Source: an uncultured Bacteroidales bacterium
Lineage (GTDB): Bacteria; Bacteroidota; Bacteroidia; Bacteroidales; Paludibacteraceae
Assembly: GCA_946615455.1 (NCBI GenBank)
Contig: CAMOHN010000001.1
Coordinates: forward strand, 1-29,744
DNA length: 29,744 nucleotides
Direction: 5' to 3'
Part shown: positions 17,040-27,236 of the stretch, piece after piece
Layout of the letters: each line of letters opens with the position of its first letter
Numbering within the stretch: the first letter of the stretch is position 1
Notes under the pieces: generated by a model
Seen by the model: only the letters and a program-made list of their open reading frames with translations
Told to the model about the DNA's origin: nothing
The model's database searches: none
Made by a program: the position numbers and the translations under genes

Positions 17040-20000
17040 TTAGAATTTATAGGTAAGAGTGAGGTAGAAATTGGTGCCCCAAGCATAGTAGTACTTCGAC
17101 GGGAATTTCCATGCATTGGGTGTGATGACCGAGTTGCTGGCGTCGGGCTGTCCCTGTTTGGTGGCACGGGGCAGGCGGGCTTGTTGGTAACCGCCGGTCT
17201 TGAAGTGCACATTGTTGGTGGCATTGGTGCACGAGAGGTTGATGGACAGTGACTGGCGATTGGGCAGGTAGATGAGTTTGCCAACGCTCAAGTCCAACAG
17301 AAATCGATTCCAAATCTTTTCATCGGTCAGGGTCTCTTGTTGATCCAGTATGCAGTAAGGATAAGTCAGTTCGGGTTTGCCATTGGCATCGGTCTCGCCG
17401 CTCAGAAAAGCGGTGTAGGAGCCGTTCAGGGTCATGGGCGTGCCGTTCTTGTCATAGAGCTGACCGGTGTAGAGACTCTTCATGCGGCGTGCGGGCGAAA
17501 CACCCAGATAGTTCTTGTCAAAGTAACTGAGTGTCACATCGGCAAACCACATCTTGGGGTGGAAGAAGGACAGCTTGATGCTGGCATTCACTTGCGGTCC
17601 GTTGCTCACATACACGCCTTTGAGCATTACTGAATCCATGCGTTCATAGACCGGTCCCTTGTCGGTGATACCCAGTGCCATACCATTCTCGGCAGAGGTG
17701 ACCACGGCAGCGTTGTTGGTGTAGCGATAGTCGCCAATGGCAGTGGCTGCACTCAGCGTGAAGTAGGTGCCCAACTTGACCGACAAGGCGGCTTCCAAAC
17801 CATAGTGGCGGCGGTTGAGACCCGTCAGTGCCTGATTGACAAAGGTGCGGGCTTCATCGTCATAGTAACCGTTCAATTCCATGCCGTCCCAGAAACGCGA
17901 ATAGAAACCTGTGACGCGACCGCGAACAATGGGATAGTTGAACTCGTAGGTCAGGTCGGCAGATGCCATCTTCTCCGACGATCCGAAGTACTCTTTCAGG
18001 TTAGTGGCTCGGTCGTGGGTGTATATTTCTGCTACGGCGCGGTCATGCACGCGCGGTGAGATATAGGCGTTGCGTGCCAAGGGAGCCTGGGTCTGTGCCA
18101 TTCCGTTCACACGAATCTGGTTGCGACCGTTGATCTTGTAGGTCAGACCTGCCTTGAAAGCAGGGTCCACAAAGTGGTGGCGGAAACCCTTGTAGTGGTC
18201 AAAGGTCTTGACCAACTGACCATTGACTATCACATCGCTACCTTTCTGACCAATGTAATAATCCTGCCAGCCCGATTGCAGCATGCTCAGATAGACAGCG
18301 CGTCCGTTGAGCATGTCGGTGGTGCGAATCATCTGCGAGTAGGTCACTTGCAGGGCATAATAAAGATCCACATTGCGCCAGGTCCACTCGTTCTGGAACC
18401 ATGCTTTGGCACTCATCATGTTCAGACTATAGTTGTAACCGAAACGGTCTTTTTGACCGATGATGCGGGCTTGTTCCATCTTGCCGTCCTTGTTCAGAAC
18501 CACATTGTTCTGTTTGACCACATTCATCTGCTCTTGGGTCAGACCGATGTTTTCTGCCAGTTCGGCCATGTCGCGCTCGGCAAAGGGGTCAATGTCTATC
18601 CACTGGTTGCCGCCCAGCAGGTCGTCCAGGCTCTTATAGTGCCGACCGACCGACTCTTTCAGTTCGGCACCGACCAGCATCTTCAGGTGATCCACCTTGG
18701 TGTTCTGGTAGGTGGCTGCTGCCATCACCTCGCCTATGTCGTTGTGACGACGCTCCAAGATGTATCGTGCCGAACCGCTTGGGTTGTTCACATTGTTCAT
18801 AAAGTTGGTGGTGTAGATGGCGTCCCAGTCAATCTGTGTGGCCTGTGTATTGCGTGAGGTCCAATTGTTGTACATGTTCATGTAGCTGTTACGGTCAATA
18901 GAGGCCCCCACAAAGTTGCCGCTCGGGTCGTAGAATCCTTCGCCGAGGTTCTGCCCGTTCAGGCTCTGACTGATGAAATTACCGTTTGCATCCACCTGCC
19001 CGTCCCACCAGAACGAGGGTACGTAGCGGTAGTAGTCAGGACGAGGATCGGGCGCGTTGTAGTAGTTCAGAGCCGAGTTGGAGTAGACCGAATAGTGGCC
19101 TCCCAGTGCCACATGCAACAGTTGTTGGTTGTCAATCTTGAAGTTGTAGGACGCAATCACGGTCGGGTCGTAGGATTGCACGGTGCGCGAGTTGCGCATC
19201 TTGCCGTTCTGATAACCCCAGTAGGGATTGTAGTTGTTCCACCCCCATTGGCTGCCGTTGTATTGGTTGGTCAAGTCATATACCTCTTGGGTCAAGGCGG
19301 ACGACTGACCGCGTGTGGTGGGAGCACCAAAGGTAATGAGACTCAGACGATGACGGTCACCCCATTGTTTTTCGGCGGTCAGAAAATAACCCAGCGAATA
19401 GTAGTTGGTGCCCTCGCCAATCATTCCTTTGCGGTCAATATATGGTGAGAAACGGAATGCTAATTGGGCAGCTACAGCCCAGCCGTTGTCCATCAAGCCC
19501 GTTGAGTATGTCACGCGTGCGGCGGCTTTATAGTTGCGGTTGGCACCAGCCAGACCCACTTTCCATCCCTGTGCATAGCGCGTAGCGTTCATCAGGTAGT
19601 TGGTGGCATTGCCCGGTCCGCCGAACGAGAAGTTGGTTGCCTCCATACCCAACGTGGTCTCCTTGTAGCGTGAGGCATCGTTCAGACCGCCCATGGCTGA
19701 GAAGTTGAACTGACCGCGCTCGGCACTGTTGAAACTCAGTCCCTCGATGTAGTTGGTTTCGTACACTTGGCTGTAGCCGCGATTGCGATAGCGGGCTGTG
19801 GACCATGCCCACGAGGTGAGCGTGTTGAACACATCGTTGGCGGACGAGGCATTCGATGCCTGTTCCTGCGTGGTCCCCTCATCGTCGGTCAGGTCTTGGT
19901 CGGCCAGGTTGAGAAGCACCTCTTCTTGGGCTTCACGAGCAATGTCGTTCTGCATGTAGAGTACATCCAGACGATTAGCCTGACCGGCTTGGATCTGAAT

Positions 20001-20261
20001 CAGTTCCAAGAGCGACGCATAGCCGTCGGCCTCCACAATCAACTCTTCGTCACCGGCTTCGAGCATGAGGAATGTGAACTCGCCACGGTCGTTGGTGAAG
20101 GTGGAGATGTTCTGGTTAGCCAGTGTGACCACTGCACCTGCTATGCCTGCTTGGGTAGCCTGACTCATCACGCGACCTTGCAGCGTGGTCTGGATACCGG
20201 TCTGCGCCAACAGCGGCAGAAGAGAAAGCAGGGATATGCAAACAAGATAGATTCGTTTCAT
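17040..20261 (-). CDS. TonB-dependent receptor with N-terminal carboxypeptidase-regulatory-like domain (non-SusC type)
   Basis: Signal peptide; N-terminal LQGRV...GAVVTL...TNDRGEF domain; plug-like RYRNRGY...GGLND; barrel strands; ends GTNFYLTLTYKF. Confidence 0.85.
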   Translation of the reverse strand: MKRIYLVCISLLSLLPLLAQTGIQTTLQGRVMSQATQAGIAGAVVTLANQNISTFTNDRGEFTFLMLEAGDEELIVEADGYASLLELIQIQAGQANRLDVLYMQNDIAREAQEEVLLNLADQDLTDDEGTTQEQASNASSANDVFNTLTSWAWSTARYRNRGYSQVYETNYIEGLSFNSAERGQFNFSAMGGLNDASRYKETTLGMEATNFSFGGPGNATNYLMNATRYAQGWKVGLAGANRNYKAAARVTYSTGLMDNGWAVAAQLAFRFSPYIDRKGMIGEGTNYYSLGYFLTAEKQWGDRHRLSLITFGAPTTRGQSSALTQEVYDLTNQYNGSQWGWNNYNPYWGYQNGKMRNSRTVQSYDPTVIASYNFKIDNQQLLHVALGGHYSVYSNSALNYYNAPDPRPDYYRYVPSFWWDGQVDANGNFISQSLNGQNLGEGFYDPSGNFVGASIDRNSYMNMYNNWTSRNTQATQIDWDAIYTTNFMNNVNNPSGSARYILERRHNDIGEVMAAATYQNTKVDHLKMLVGAELKESVGRHYKSLDDLLGGNQWIDIDPFAERDMAELAENIGLTQEQMNVVKQNNVVLNKDGKMEQARIIGQKDRFGYNYSLNMMSAKAWFQNEWTWRNVDLYYALQVTYSQMIRTTDMLNGRAVYLSMLQSGWQDYYIGQKGSDVIVNGQLVKTFDHYKGFRHHFVDPAFKAGLTYKINGRNQIRVNGMAQTQAPLARNAYISPRVHDRAVAEIYTHDRATNLKEYFGSSEKMASADLTYEFNYPIVRGRVTGFYSRFWDGMELNGYYDDEARTFVNQALTGLNRRHYGLEAALSVKLGTYFTLSAATAIGDYRYTNNAAVVTSAENGMALGITDKGPVYERMDSVMLKGVYVSNGPQVNASIKLSFFHPKMWFADVTLSYFDKNYLGVSPARRMKSLYTGQLYDKNGTPMTLNGSYTAFLSGETDANGKPELTYPYCILDQQETLTDEKIWNRFLLDLSVGKLIYLPNRQSLSINLSCTNATNNVHFKTGGYQQARLPRATKQGQPDASNSVITPNAWKFPSKYYYAWGTNFYLTLTYKF

Positions 20262-20273
20262 AACATATAGGGA

Positions 20274-21671
20274 TTAAAATTCTGCGTTTTTAGGAGTGCG
20301 CGGGAAGGGAATGACATCGCGTATGTTCTGCATACCGGTCACAAAGAGCATCAGACGCTCAAATCCCAGTCCAAAGCCGGCATGCGGCGCTGAACCATAG
20401 CGACGGGTGTCCAAATACCACCACAGATTGGTGGTGTCCATCTGGCGACGGGCAATCTCGTCCATGAGTTTCTGCTCGTTTTCTTCACGCACCGAGCCGC
20501 CAATGATCTCGCCTATTTGCGGAAAAAGCACATCGGTGCCTTGTACGGTCTTGCCGTCGTCGTTGATTTTCATATAGAAAGCCTTGATGTCCTTCGGGTA
20601 GTCGGTCATGATGACTGGTTTGCCGAAATGCTCCTCTACCAAATAACGCTCATGTTCAGAACTGAGGTCGTCACCCCAATTGCAGGGGAACTCAAACTTC
20701 TTGCCTTTCTGCTTGGCGGCCTCCAGAATGGCTATACCCTCGGTATAGGTGAGGCGCACAAAGTCCGTATTGACCACGCTCTCAAGACGCTCTATCAGCC
20801 CCTTGTCCACAAACTGGTTGAGGAACGCAAGGTCATCTTGACAATGGTCTAATGCCCAGCGGACACAGAACTTGATAAAGTCCTCTTCGATGTCCATCAA
20901 GTCCTGTTTGTCAATGAATGCCACTTCCGGCTCAATCATCCAGAACTCTGCCAAATGGCGCGGAGTGTTGCTGTTCTCGGCACGGAACGTGGGACCGAAA
21001 GTGTAGATTTTACCCAGTGCCAATGCACCCAACTCGCCCTCTAACTGACCACTGACGGTCAGGGCGGTCTGCTTGCCGAAGAAGTCGTCCGAGTAGTCAA
21101 TCTTGCCCTGTTCGTCTTTGCGCAGGCGATAGAGGTCTTTGGTGGTCACTTGGAACATCTGACCGGCACCCTCGCAATCCGACTCGGTGATAAGCGGCGT
21201 GTGGAAGTAGTAGTAGCCATGCTGGTGAAAATAGGTGTGGATGGCCATAGCCATGTGGTGACGGATGCGGAACACGGCACCAAAGGTGTTGGTTCGCGGA
21301 CGAAGGTGTGCCAGTGTGCGAAGATACTCCATCGAAAGCCCTTTCTTTTGCAGCGGGTATTTCTCGGGATTGGCTGTACCATAGACTTCCAATTCGCTCA
21401 CTTGGATTTCGACCGCTTGACCTGCCCCCTCTGAAGGAACTAATATACCTGTGGCTGAAATGCATGAGCCGGTGGTCACGGGACGGAGTTGGTCTTCGCT
21501 GAAACGGTTGAGATCAACAACCAACTGTATGTTCTTGATGGTCGAGCCGTCGTTCAGGGCAATGAAACTGATTTGTTTGTTGCCACGACGGCTGCGAACC
21601 CAGCCGCGAACATTGATTGGCTCGTTAAAGACTGTGCTCCGAAGAGCATCTATAATTTCTGTGCGTTTCAT
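20274..21671 (-). CDS. asnS: Asparagine--tRNA ligase
   Basis: OB-fold (VRGWVRSRR), [41 protein letters not shown]. Start set at the ATG at 21671; the upstream extension is the heptamer array. Confidence 0.97.
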   Translation of the reverse strand: MKRTEIIDALRSTVFNEPINVRGWVRSRRGNKQISFIALNDGSTIKNIQLVVDLNRFSEDQLRPVTTGSCISATGILVPSEGAGQAVEIQVSELEVYGTANPEKYPLQKKGLSMEYLRTLAHLRPRTNTFGAVFRIRHHMAMAIHTYFHQHGYYYFHTPLITESDCEGAGQMFQVTTKDLYRLRKDEQGKIDYSDDFFGKQTALTVSGQLEGELGALALGKIYTFGPTFRAENSNTPRHLAEFWMIEPEVAFIDKQDLMDIEEDFIKFCVRWALDHCQDDLAFLNQFVDKGLIERLESVVNTDFVRLTYTEGIAILEAAKQKGKKFEFPCNWGDDLSSEHERYLVEEHFGKPVIMTDYPKDIKAFYMKINDDGKTVQGTDVLFPQIGEIIGGSVREENEQKLMDEIARRQMDTTNLWWYLDTRRYGSAPHAGFGLGFERLMLFVTGMQNIRDVIPFPRTPKNAEF

Positions 21672-21673
21672 AT

Positions 21674-21708
21674 CTTTTAATTTTGAACTTTCAATTTTCA
21701 ACTTTCAA
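21674..21708 (-). repeat. Five tandem degenerate heptamers (TTGAAAG TTGAAAA TTGAAAG TTCAAAA TTAAAAG)
   Basis: Read directly on the minus strand; fills the dnaB-asnS gap and contains the dnaB TGA. Confidence 0.85.
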
Positions 21709-23243
21709 AAGGGCACATCGTTGTTCAGCGTGGCTCCTTCGGGAGACATCTCCTCTTGGGCGGCACTATGAGCACGGCTGTTCATCTTCGAGGTAAAAGC
21801 GGTCTCCACCATCTCTGTGTCGGGCAGGGCATCGTCCTCGTTCTGGAACTTGGCATATTTGGATCGGAACCGCAACCATATCTCGTCGGTGGCTCCGTTA
21901 CGGTGCTTTGCCACAATGATTTGCCCTAATCCGACGAGGTTCTTGTTCAGTTTGTCGTCGTTGGTGATGCCATAGTAGTCCGGTCGGTGAATGAAGCACA
22001 CGATGTCGGCATCCTGTTCAATGGCACCTGATTCACGCAGGTCGGACAACTGGGGTTTTTTGCCGGCTATGCCCGAACCGCCGCGTGTCTCTACGCTGCG
22101 GTTCAACTGCGAGAGGGCTATGATGGGTATGTCCAGCTCTTTGGCAAGGGCTTTCAGGTTGCGCGAGATGATGCTCACCTCCTGTTCGCGGCTGCCGAAG
22201 TTGATGCCGTTGGCATTCATTAGTTGCAGGTAGTCGATGATGATGATCTGCACACCGTGCTCGCGCACCAGTTTGCGCGCCTTAGACCGCAACTCGAATA
22301 CCGAGAGGGCAGGCGTGTCGTCCACATAGATGGGAGCACCGGTCAATTCGCCTATCTTGTGATCCAACTGATTCCATTCGTCGCGGCTCAGATTGCCGTT
22401 GCGGATGTTGTCACCTTGGATTTCACACACATTCATAATCAAACGATTGACCAACTGTATATTGCTCATCTCCAGCGAGAACATGGCAACCGGAATGTGG
22501 TAGTTGACGGCTATGTTCTTCGCCATGGACAGCACAAAGGCCGTTTTACCCATGGCTGGACGGGCGGCTATGATGATCAGGTCGCTCTTTTGCCATCCGC
22601 TGGTGATGCGGTCCAGGGCATGAAAACCCGACGGGATACCGCTGATCTTGCCATCATGTTGCGACGCTTTGCGCATACGGGCAAACGCTTCGGAAATGAC
22701 AGGGTCAATCTGGGTCACGTCGCGTTTCTGTGTGCGCTGGGCTATGGTGAAGATGCGTCCTTCGGCTTCTTGCATGAGATCTTCCACATCCTGTGTCTCG
22801 TCATAGCCTTTCTCCTCTATGTCCGCCGCCATGCTGATTAGGTCGCGAGCCGTGGCTTTTTGTGCCACCACTTGGGCATGATAATAGAGGTGGGCGGTCG
22901 AAGCCACTTTGCGGGTCAGCTCGCTCACAAAAGCCACTCCGCCTGCCTGTTCCAAAGTGCCTAACTGACGCAGCCGCTCGGTTACGGAAAGCATGTCAAT
23001 GGGTTGGTCTTTGGCTGCCAGTGACTGCACCGCCTCATAGATAAAGCGGTGTTGGTCTTTGTAGAAACTGTCTGGACGGAGCAGGTCGCTCACCGTGGTG
23101 AAGGCCTCCTTGTCCAGCATGAGTGCGCCCAGCACGGACTCTTCCATGTCAAGTGCCTGCGGGGGCAGTTTGCCCATGTCGTTGGCTCCCACTTTGCGCG
23201 GAGTCGGCTCTTTCTTGTTATTGCGCGTGTTGGATACCGGCAT
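21705..23243 (-). CDS. dnaB: Replicative DNA helicase DnaB
   Basis: LPPQALDMEESVLGALM, Walker A ARPAMGKT, IIIDYLQLM, SDLRESGAIEQDAD, AKHRNG. Confidence 0.97.
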   Translation of the reverse strand: MPVSNTRNNKKEPTPRKVGANDMGKLPPQALDMEESVLGALMLDKEAFTTVSDLLRPDSFYKDQHRFIYEAVQSLAAKDQPIDMLSVTERLRQLGTLEQAGGVAFVSELTRKVASTAHLYYHAQVVAQKATARDLISMAADIEEKGYDETQDVEDLMQEAEGRIFTIAQRTQKRDVTQIDPVISEAFARMRKASQHDGKISGIPSGFHALDRITSGWQKSDLIIIAARPAMGKTAFVLSMAKNIAVNYHIPVAMFSLEMSNIQLVNRLIMNVCEIQGDNIRNGNLSRDEWNQLDHKIGELTGAPIYVDDTPALSVFELRSKARKLVREHGVQIIIIDYLQLMNANGINFGSREQEVSIISRNLKALAKELDIPIIALSQLNRSVETRGGSGIAGKKPQLSDLRESGAIEQDADIVCFIHRPDYYGITNDDKLNKNLVGLGQIIVAKHRNGATDEIWLRFRSKYAKFQNEDDALPDTEMVETAFTSKMNSRAHSAAQEEMSPEGATLNNDVPF

Positions 23244-24315
23244 AGAGGTTCAGTAGTTGATTGGCGGCTATGAAACTGCTCACGCGGTTGTCAAGCACTT
23301 GTTGTTCCATTTCTTGTATTTTTTGCTCCATGACAGGATGTTGGTAGAAGCCGTTGAGCAGCGACGAGTTGATGGTTTCATACATCCAGTACTTGGCCTG
23401 TTCGGTGCGACGGTGGTCAAAATAGCCGTTCTCGCGCGTAAAGCGGATGTACTCTTCCACCATTTTCCATACATTGCGTATGCCCGTCTTGTCCACCGAA
23501 GAGCAGGTCTCGGCATAGGGTTTCCACCCTGACTCGGTCGGCGGGAACAATGCCAGTGCGTTCTTGAAGCTCACGCGGGCGGCTTGTGCGCGCTCGATGT
23601 TGTTGCCGTCGCACTTGTTGATGGCTATTCCGTCTGCCATCTCCATGATGCCGCGTTTGATGCCTTGCAGCTCGTCACCTGTGCCCGTCACTTGCAGCAG
23701 CAGGAAAAAGTCCACCATCGAGTGGGCAGCCGTCTCGCTCTGTCCCACACCCACGGTCTCCACAAAGATGGTGTCAAACCCGGCGGCTTCGCACAGTACG
23801 ATGGTTTCGCGCGTCTTGCGTGCCACACCGCCGAGACTGCCAGCCGATGGGGAAGGGCGAATGAAAGCATTGGCTTCGGTGGAGAGTTCGTTCATACGGG
23901 TTTTGTCGCCCAGTATGGAGCCTTTGCTGCGCTCGGACGAAGGGTCGATGGCGAGTACTGCCAAGTGCCTGCCCTCGTGGCAGAGTTGGGTGCCAAGTGC
24001 TTCGATGAAAGTCGATTTGCCGGCACCCGGTACGCCGGTGATACCCAGTCGAATCGAGTTGCCGGCATGGGGCAGACATCGCTCAATAACCTGCTGGGCT
24101 ATGATTTGGTCTTCACGCAGGTTGCTCTCGATGAGGGTGACTGCCTGACCGAGCAGCGTGATGTCACCCGCCAAGATGCCTTTCACATAGTCATCGGCGG
24201 TCAGCGTGCGTTTACGGCGGCGAAAACTGGCATAGGGATTCACCTGTGGCACCTGGGGGACACCCTCATTGACCGTCAGCCCCTTATACTGCTTGTCGTT
24301 CTCGGGATGTTGCAT
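23218..24315 (-). CDS. meaB: Methylmalonyl-CoA mutase-associated GTPase MeaB
   Basis: GITGVPGAGKST, AIDPSS...GSILGDKTRM, ETVGVGQSE, DELQGIKRGIME, NKCDG. 3' end overlaps the dnaB start by 26 nt. Confidence 0.93.
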   Translation of the reverse strand: MQHPENDKQYKGLTVNEGVPQVPQVNPYASFRRRKRTLTADDYVKGILAGDITLLGQAVTLIESNLREDQIIAQQVIERCLPHAGNSIRLGITGVPGAGKSTFIEALGTQLCHEGRHLAVLAIDPSSERSKGSILGDKTRMNELSTEANAFIRPSPSAGSLGGVARKTRETIVLCEAAGFDTIFVETVGVGQSETAAHSMVDFFLLLQVTGTGDELQGIKRGIMEMADGIAINKCDGNNIERAQAARVSFKNALALFPPTESGWKPYAETCSSVDKTGIRNVWKMVEEYIRFTRENGYFDHRRTEQAKYWMYETINSSLLNGFYQHPVMEQKIQEMEQQVLDNRVSSFIAANQLLNLYAGIQHAQ

Positions 24316-24325
24316 GACCTGTGCT

Positions 24326-25402
24326 TTATTCTACCGTCCAACGAATCATGACTTGCTTTACGGCGTTCTTGGGGTCGTTGGTGATGACGGTGACAGGCTC
24401 AATGAAAGTGCCTTTCTCGTCTGTGGGCAGGGTGACGTGGCAATTGCCTTTCTTGCCTGAGCGAATGCTCTTGACAGGAGTAATGGTCACGCCCTTGTTG
24501 GTGTTCAGTATGCGGCGAATCAGCAGCGGATTGGTGCCGGCGTTACTCAGTTGCAGATTGGCTCTGGCTTTCTTGCCTTGAGCAAAGGTGCCGAGGTCAA
24601 TGTCTTCTTGAATGCTCAGTATGGGGGCAGCGTCCATCTCTTGCTGGCTCATCTGCGAGAAGTCCTCCACAATGTTGGCTTTGATGGTGATGGCTTTTTC
24701 TTTGTCTTTCTCGCCGTTGATGATCATATAGACAGTCACTTCTACCGGACCATATACAGAGCACAAGTCGGCATTCAGAAGCAACTGAATGTCACCCTTT
24801 TGCTGTGGTTGAATCTCCATGCTGGTCTGGGCTGTGATGGCAGGAACGGCAATCAGGTAGTCAGCCGTGCTGCGGCATTCTAACGTGAAAGCAGAGTCTT
24901 TCTGGTTGGCATAAGCGAGGGTGAGTTGTGCCTGTGCACCCTTCTTCACATTGCCAAAGTCCACCAGGTTTTTTGCTAAACTGAGTTTGCCCATTTTAAC
25001 GGGGAAATTGTCAACGGGTTTGACGGTCTTAGGAATGACCTCACCCTTGATGAACAACTTGGTTGTGGTCTCCTTGGCATTCGAGGTCACGGTGATGGTT
25101 TTCTGGAAGTGTCCGGGACGACCGTTCGGATTGTAGGTCACCGTTATTTGTCCCTCTTGTCCGGGTTCAACCGGCTCTTTGGTCCACTTAGGTGTGGTGC
25201 AGCCGCAACTGGCGCGCACATTGCTCAGCACCAAGGCTGACATACCCTCGTTCTTGAATGTGAATACGGTGGTTACGCGGCCGTCTGCCTCGTTGATCTT
25301 ACCAAAGTCGTGGGTCGTGCGGTCAAAAGTAATCACAGGCTCCTGTCCGCAAACCATTCCGGCGGTCAGGACGGCCATTAACATCATTGCTAACTTTTTC
25401 AT
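24326..25402 (-). CDS. DUF1573 domain-containing exported protein (three Ig-like domains)
   Basis: Signal peptide; HDFGKI...F.FKNEG...L...V.ASCGCT.P.W...P..PG is the DUF1573 signature. Confidence 0.88.
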   Translation of the reverse strand: MKKLAMMLMAVLTAGMVCGQEPVITFDRTTHDFGKINEADGRVTTVFTFKNEGMSALVLSNVRASCGCTTPKWTKEPVEPGQEGQITVTYNPNGRPGHFQKTITVTSNAKETTTKLFIKGEVIPKTVKPVDNFPVKMGKLSLAKNLVDFGNVKKGAQAQLTLAYANQKDSAFTLECRSTADYLIAVPAITAQTSMEIQPQQKGDIQLLLNADLCSVYGPVEVTVYMIINGEKDKEKAITIKANIVEDFSQMSQQEMDAAPILSIQEDIDLGTFAQGKKARANLQLSNAGTNPLLIRRILNTNKGVTITPVKSIRSGKKGNCHVTLPTDEKGTFIEPVTVITNDPKNAVKQVMIRWTVE

Positions 25403-25430
25403 AATGTTTGTTTTTTATAGTGTTTATATT

Positions 25431-27215
25431 CTATTTCTTCTCTTTGTCACCCTCGGGTGTCTCAGTTTCGCGCGTCTCCTCCACATCGGTCAGTTCGGGT
25501 ATTTTCTTCAACTCAGCGCAGAGGGCACTCAGCGATGATTGCTCGAAGATGAACAGCTCAATCACACACTCAAAACGGGTATCTTCCACCTCGGTGTGCA
25601 AACTCTTCAAGTTCAGGTGCATCTGCTCGCTGATGATGTTGAGCATCTTGACCAGCACGCCAAAGTTATCTGTCCCGCGTATGAGCAGTTTGACCAATTT
25701 TGGTTCTGTATTTCTCTGTTTGCCAACAGGCTGTTTGTTAAAGAAGTGCTTGATGGCGTTCTGCGCTTTGGCAGTCACCACCAGGTTGAGCCATTCGGGT
25801 TCGGGTTGCTGTTTCTGCGATGTTAGAATCTCTATCTGGTCGCCGCTTTCAAGGCGATAACTGAGCGACTCCATCTTGTGGTTGACTTTGGCTCCGATGC
25901 AGTGCTCGCCCAACTCCGAGTGAATCTGATAGGCAAAGTCCAGCACCGTAGCACCAAGAGGCAGCGTCTTGATGTCACCGGCAGGAGTGAAGACAAACAT
26001 CTCTTCGGCAAACAGTCCTAATTTGAATGTGTCCAAGAAAGCCATGGCATCGGGGTCGGGGTGGTCCAGCACCTCCTTGATGTCTAACAGCCACTGGTCC
26101 AGATCCGATTCCTCGAACGAGTCTGCCTTGTATTTCCAGTGCGCCGCCAGTCCCTTCTCTGCCAATTCGTGCATACGCTCCGAGCGAATCTGTATCTCTA
26201 CCCAGTAGCCGAACGGCCCCATCACCGTCACATGCAACGCCTCATAACCATTGGACTTGGGCGTTGAGATCCAGTCGCGGATACGCTCCGGATGAGGACG
26301 ATACAGACTGGTGATGGCAGAGTAGATGCTCCAGCACTGGTCTTTCTCCGAACTTAGGTCGTCCGGTGTGAAAATGATACGCACTGCCAACAGGTCATAC
26401 ACATCCTCAAAGGGGATGTTCTTCTTCTGCATCTTCTCCCAGATGGAAAAGACGGATTTCAGTCGTGCCGAGATGGTGAAGTGCATGCCCATGTCGTTCA
26501 GTTTCTTGCGGATAGGCTCCACAAAAGTGCGATAGTCTTCCATCTGCACCTCCTTGACGGCAGCGAGTTTGCTGTCTATCTCGGCGTAAATGTCGGGGTG
26601 CAGGTAGTGGAAACTGAGGTCTTCCAGTTCGCTTTTGATGGGGAACAAGCCCAGCCGGTGTGCTAACGGAGCATAGATGAGCATGGTCTCTTGGGCTATC
26701 TTGCGCTGTTTCTCAGGCTGTTGGGCAGACAGTGTGCGCATGTTATGCAGGCGGTCGGCAATCTTGATGAGTACCACGCGCACATCGTCTGACATGGTCA
26801 GCACCAACTTGCGGATGTTGGTAGCCTGCTTCTCATCCTGGGTGGCAAACACACCCCCGCTGATTTTTGTCAAACCGCTGACAATCTGCGCAATCTTCGG
26901 ATTGAACTGCTGTTCTATGTCCTCTTCGGTATAGTCGGTATCTTCCACCACATCGTGCAGCAGGGCGGCGCAAATGCTGGTGCTGCCCAGACCTATCTCG
27001 CGCACCACAATGCGTGCCACAGCCAAAGGGTGCATGATGTACGGCTCACCGCTCAAACGCCTCACCCCGCGATGCGCCTGATTGGCAAAGCGGAAAGCAC
27101 GCGTGATAATCTCCACCTTCTGCTTGTGGATGGTATGTGCATAGTCGTCCAGCAGTTCCTCAAAAGCCTGCTCGATCATCCGATCTTCTTCCGGTGTAAA
27201 TTCGCTCTCCTTCAT
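25431..27215 (-). CDS. RelA/SpoT family (p)ppGpp synthetase/hydrolase, short form (HD, SYNTH, TGS, ACT)
   Basis: PYIMHP and LLHDVVEDT (HD domain), KIADRLHNMRT, RLKS, YDLLAVRI, PKSNGYEALH, EIQIRS, TGS (FVFTP.GD...LP.GATVLDFAY.IH), C-terminal ACT. Start set at 27215 because the 27239 start falls inside the promoter. Confidence 0.93.
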   Translation of the reverse strand: MKESEFTPEEDRMIEQAFEELLDDYAHTIHKQKVEIITRAFRFANQAHRGVRRLSGEPYIMHPLAVARIVVREIGLGSTSICAALLHDVVEDTDYTEEDIEQQFNPKIAQIVSGLTKISGGVFATQDEKQATNIRKLVLTMSDDVRVVLIKIADRLHNMRTLSAQQPEKQRKIAQETMLIYAPLAHRLGLFPIKSELEDLSFHYLHPDIYAEIDSKLAAVKEVQMEDYRTFVEPIRKKLNDMGMHFTISARLKSVFSIWEKMQKKNIPFEDVYDLLAVRIIFTPDDLSSEKDQCWSIYSAITSLYRPHPERIRDWISTPKSNGYEALHVTVMGPFGYWVEIQIRSERMHELAEKGLAAHWKYKADSFEESDLDQWLLDIKEVLDHPDPDAMAFLDTFKLGLFAEEMFVFTPAGDIKTLPLGATVLDFAYQIHSELGEHCIGAKVNHKMESLSYRLESGDQIEILTSQKQQPEPEWLNLVVTAKAQNAIKHFFNKQPVGKQRNTEPKLVKLLIRGTDNFGVLVKMLNIISEQMHLNLKSLHTEVEDTRFECVIELFIFEQSSLSALCAELKKIPELTDVEETRETETPEGDKEKK

Positions 27216-27236
27216 AGAAACAGCACAATAAACGCG

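Noticed and set aside
21705-23243. Intein in DnaB
   Set aside because: Normal length (512 aa) and continuous helicase motifs; no splicing motifs seen.
25324-25331. TACTTTTG on the minus strand inside the DUF1573 gene as an internal promoter
   Set aside because: It is explained by the codons for the ITFD segment and lacks the usual following GC; not supportable.
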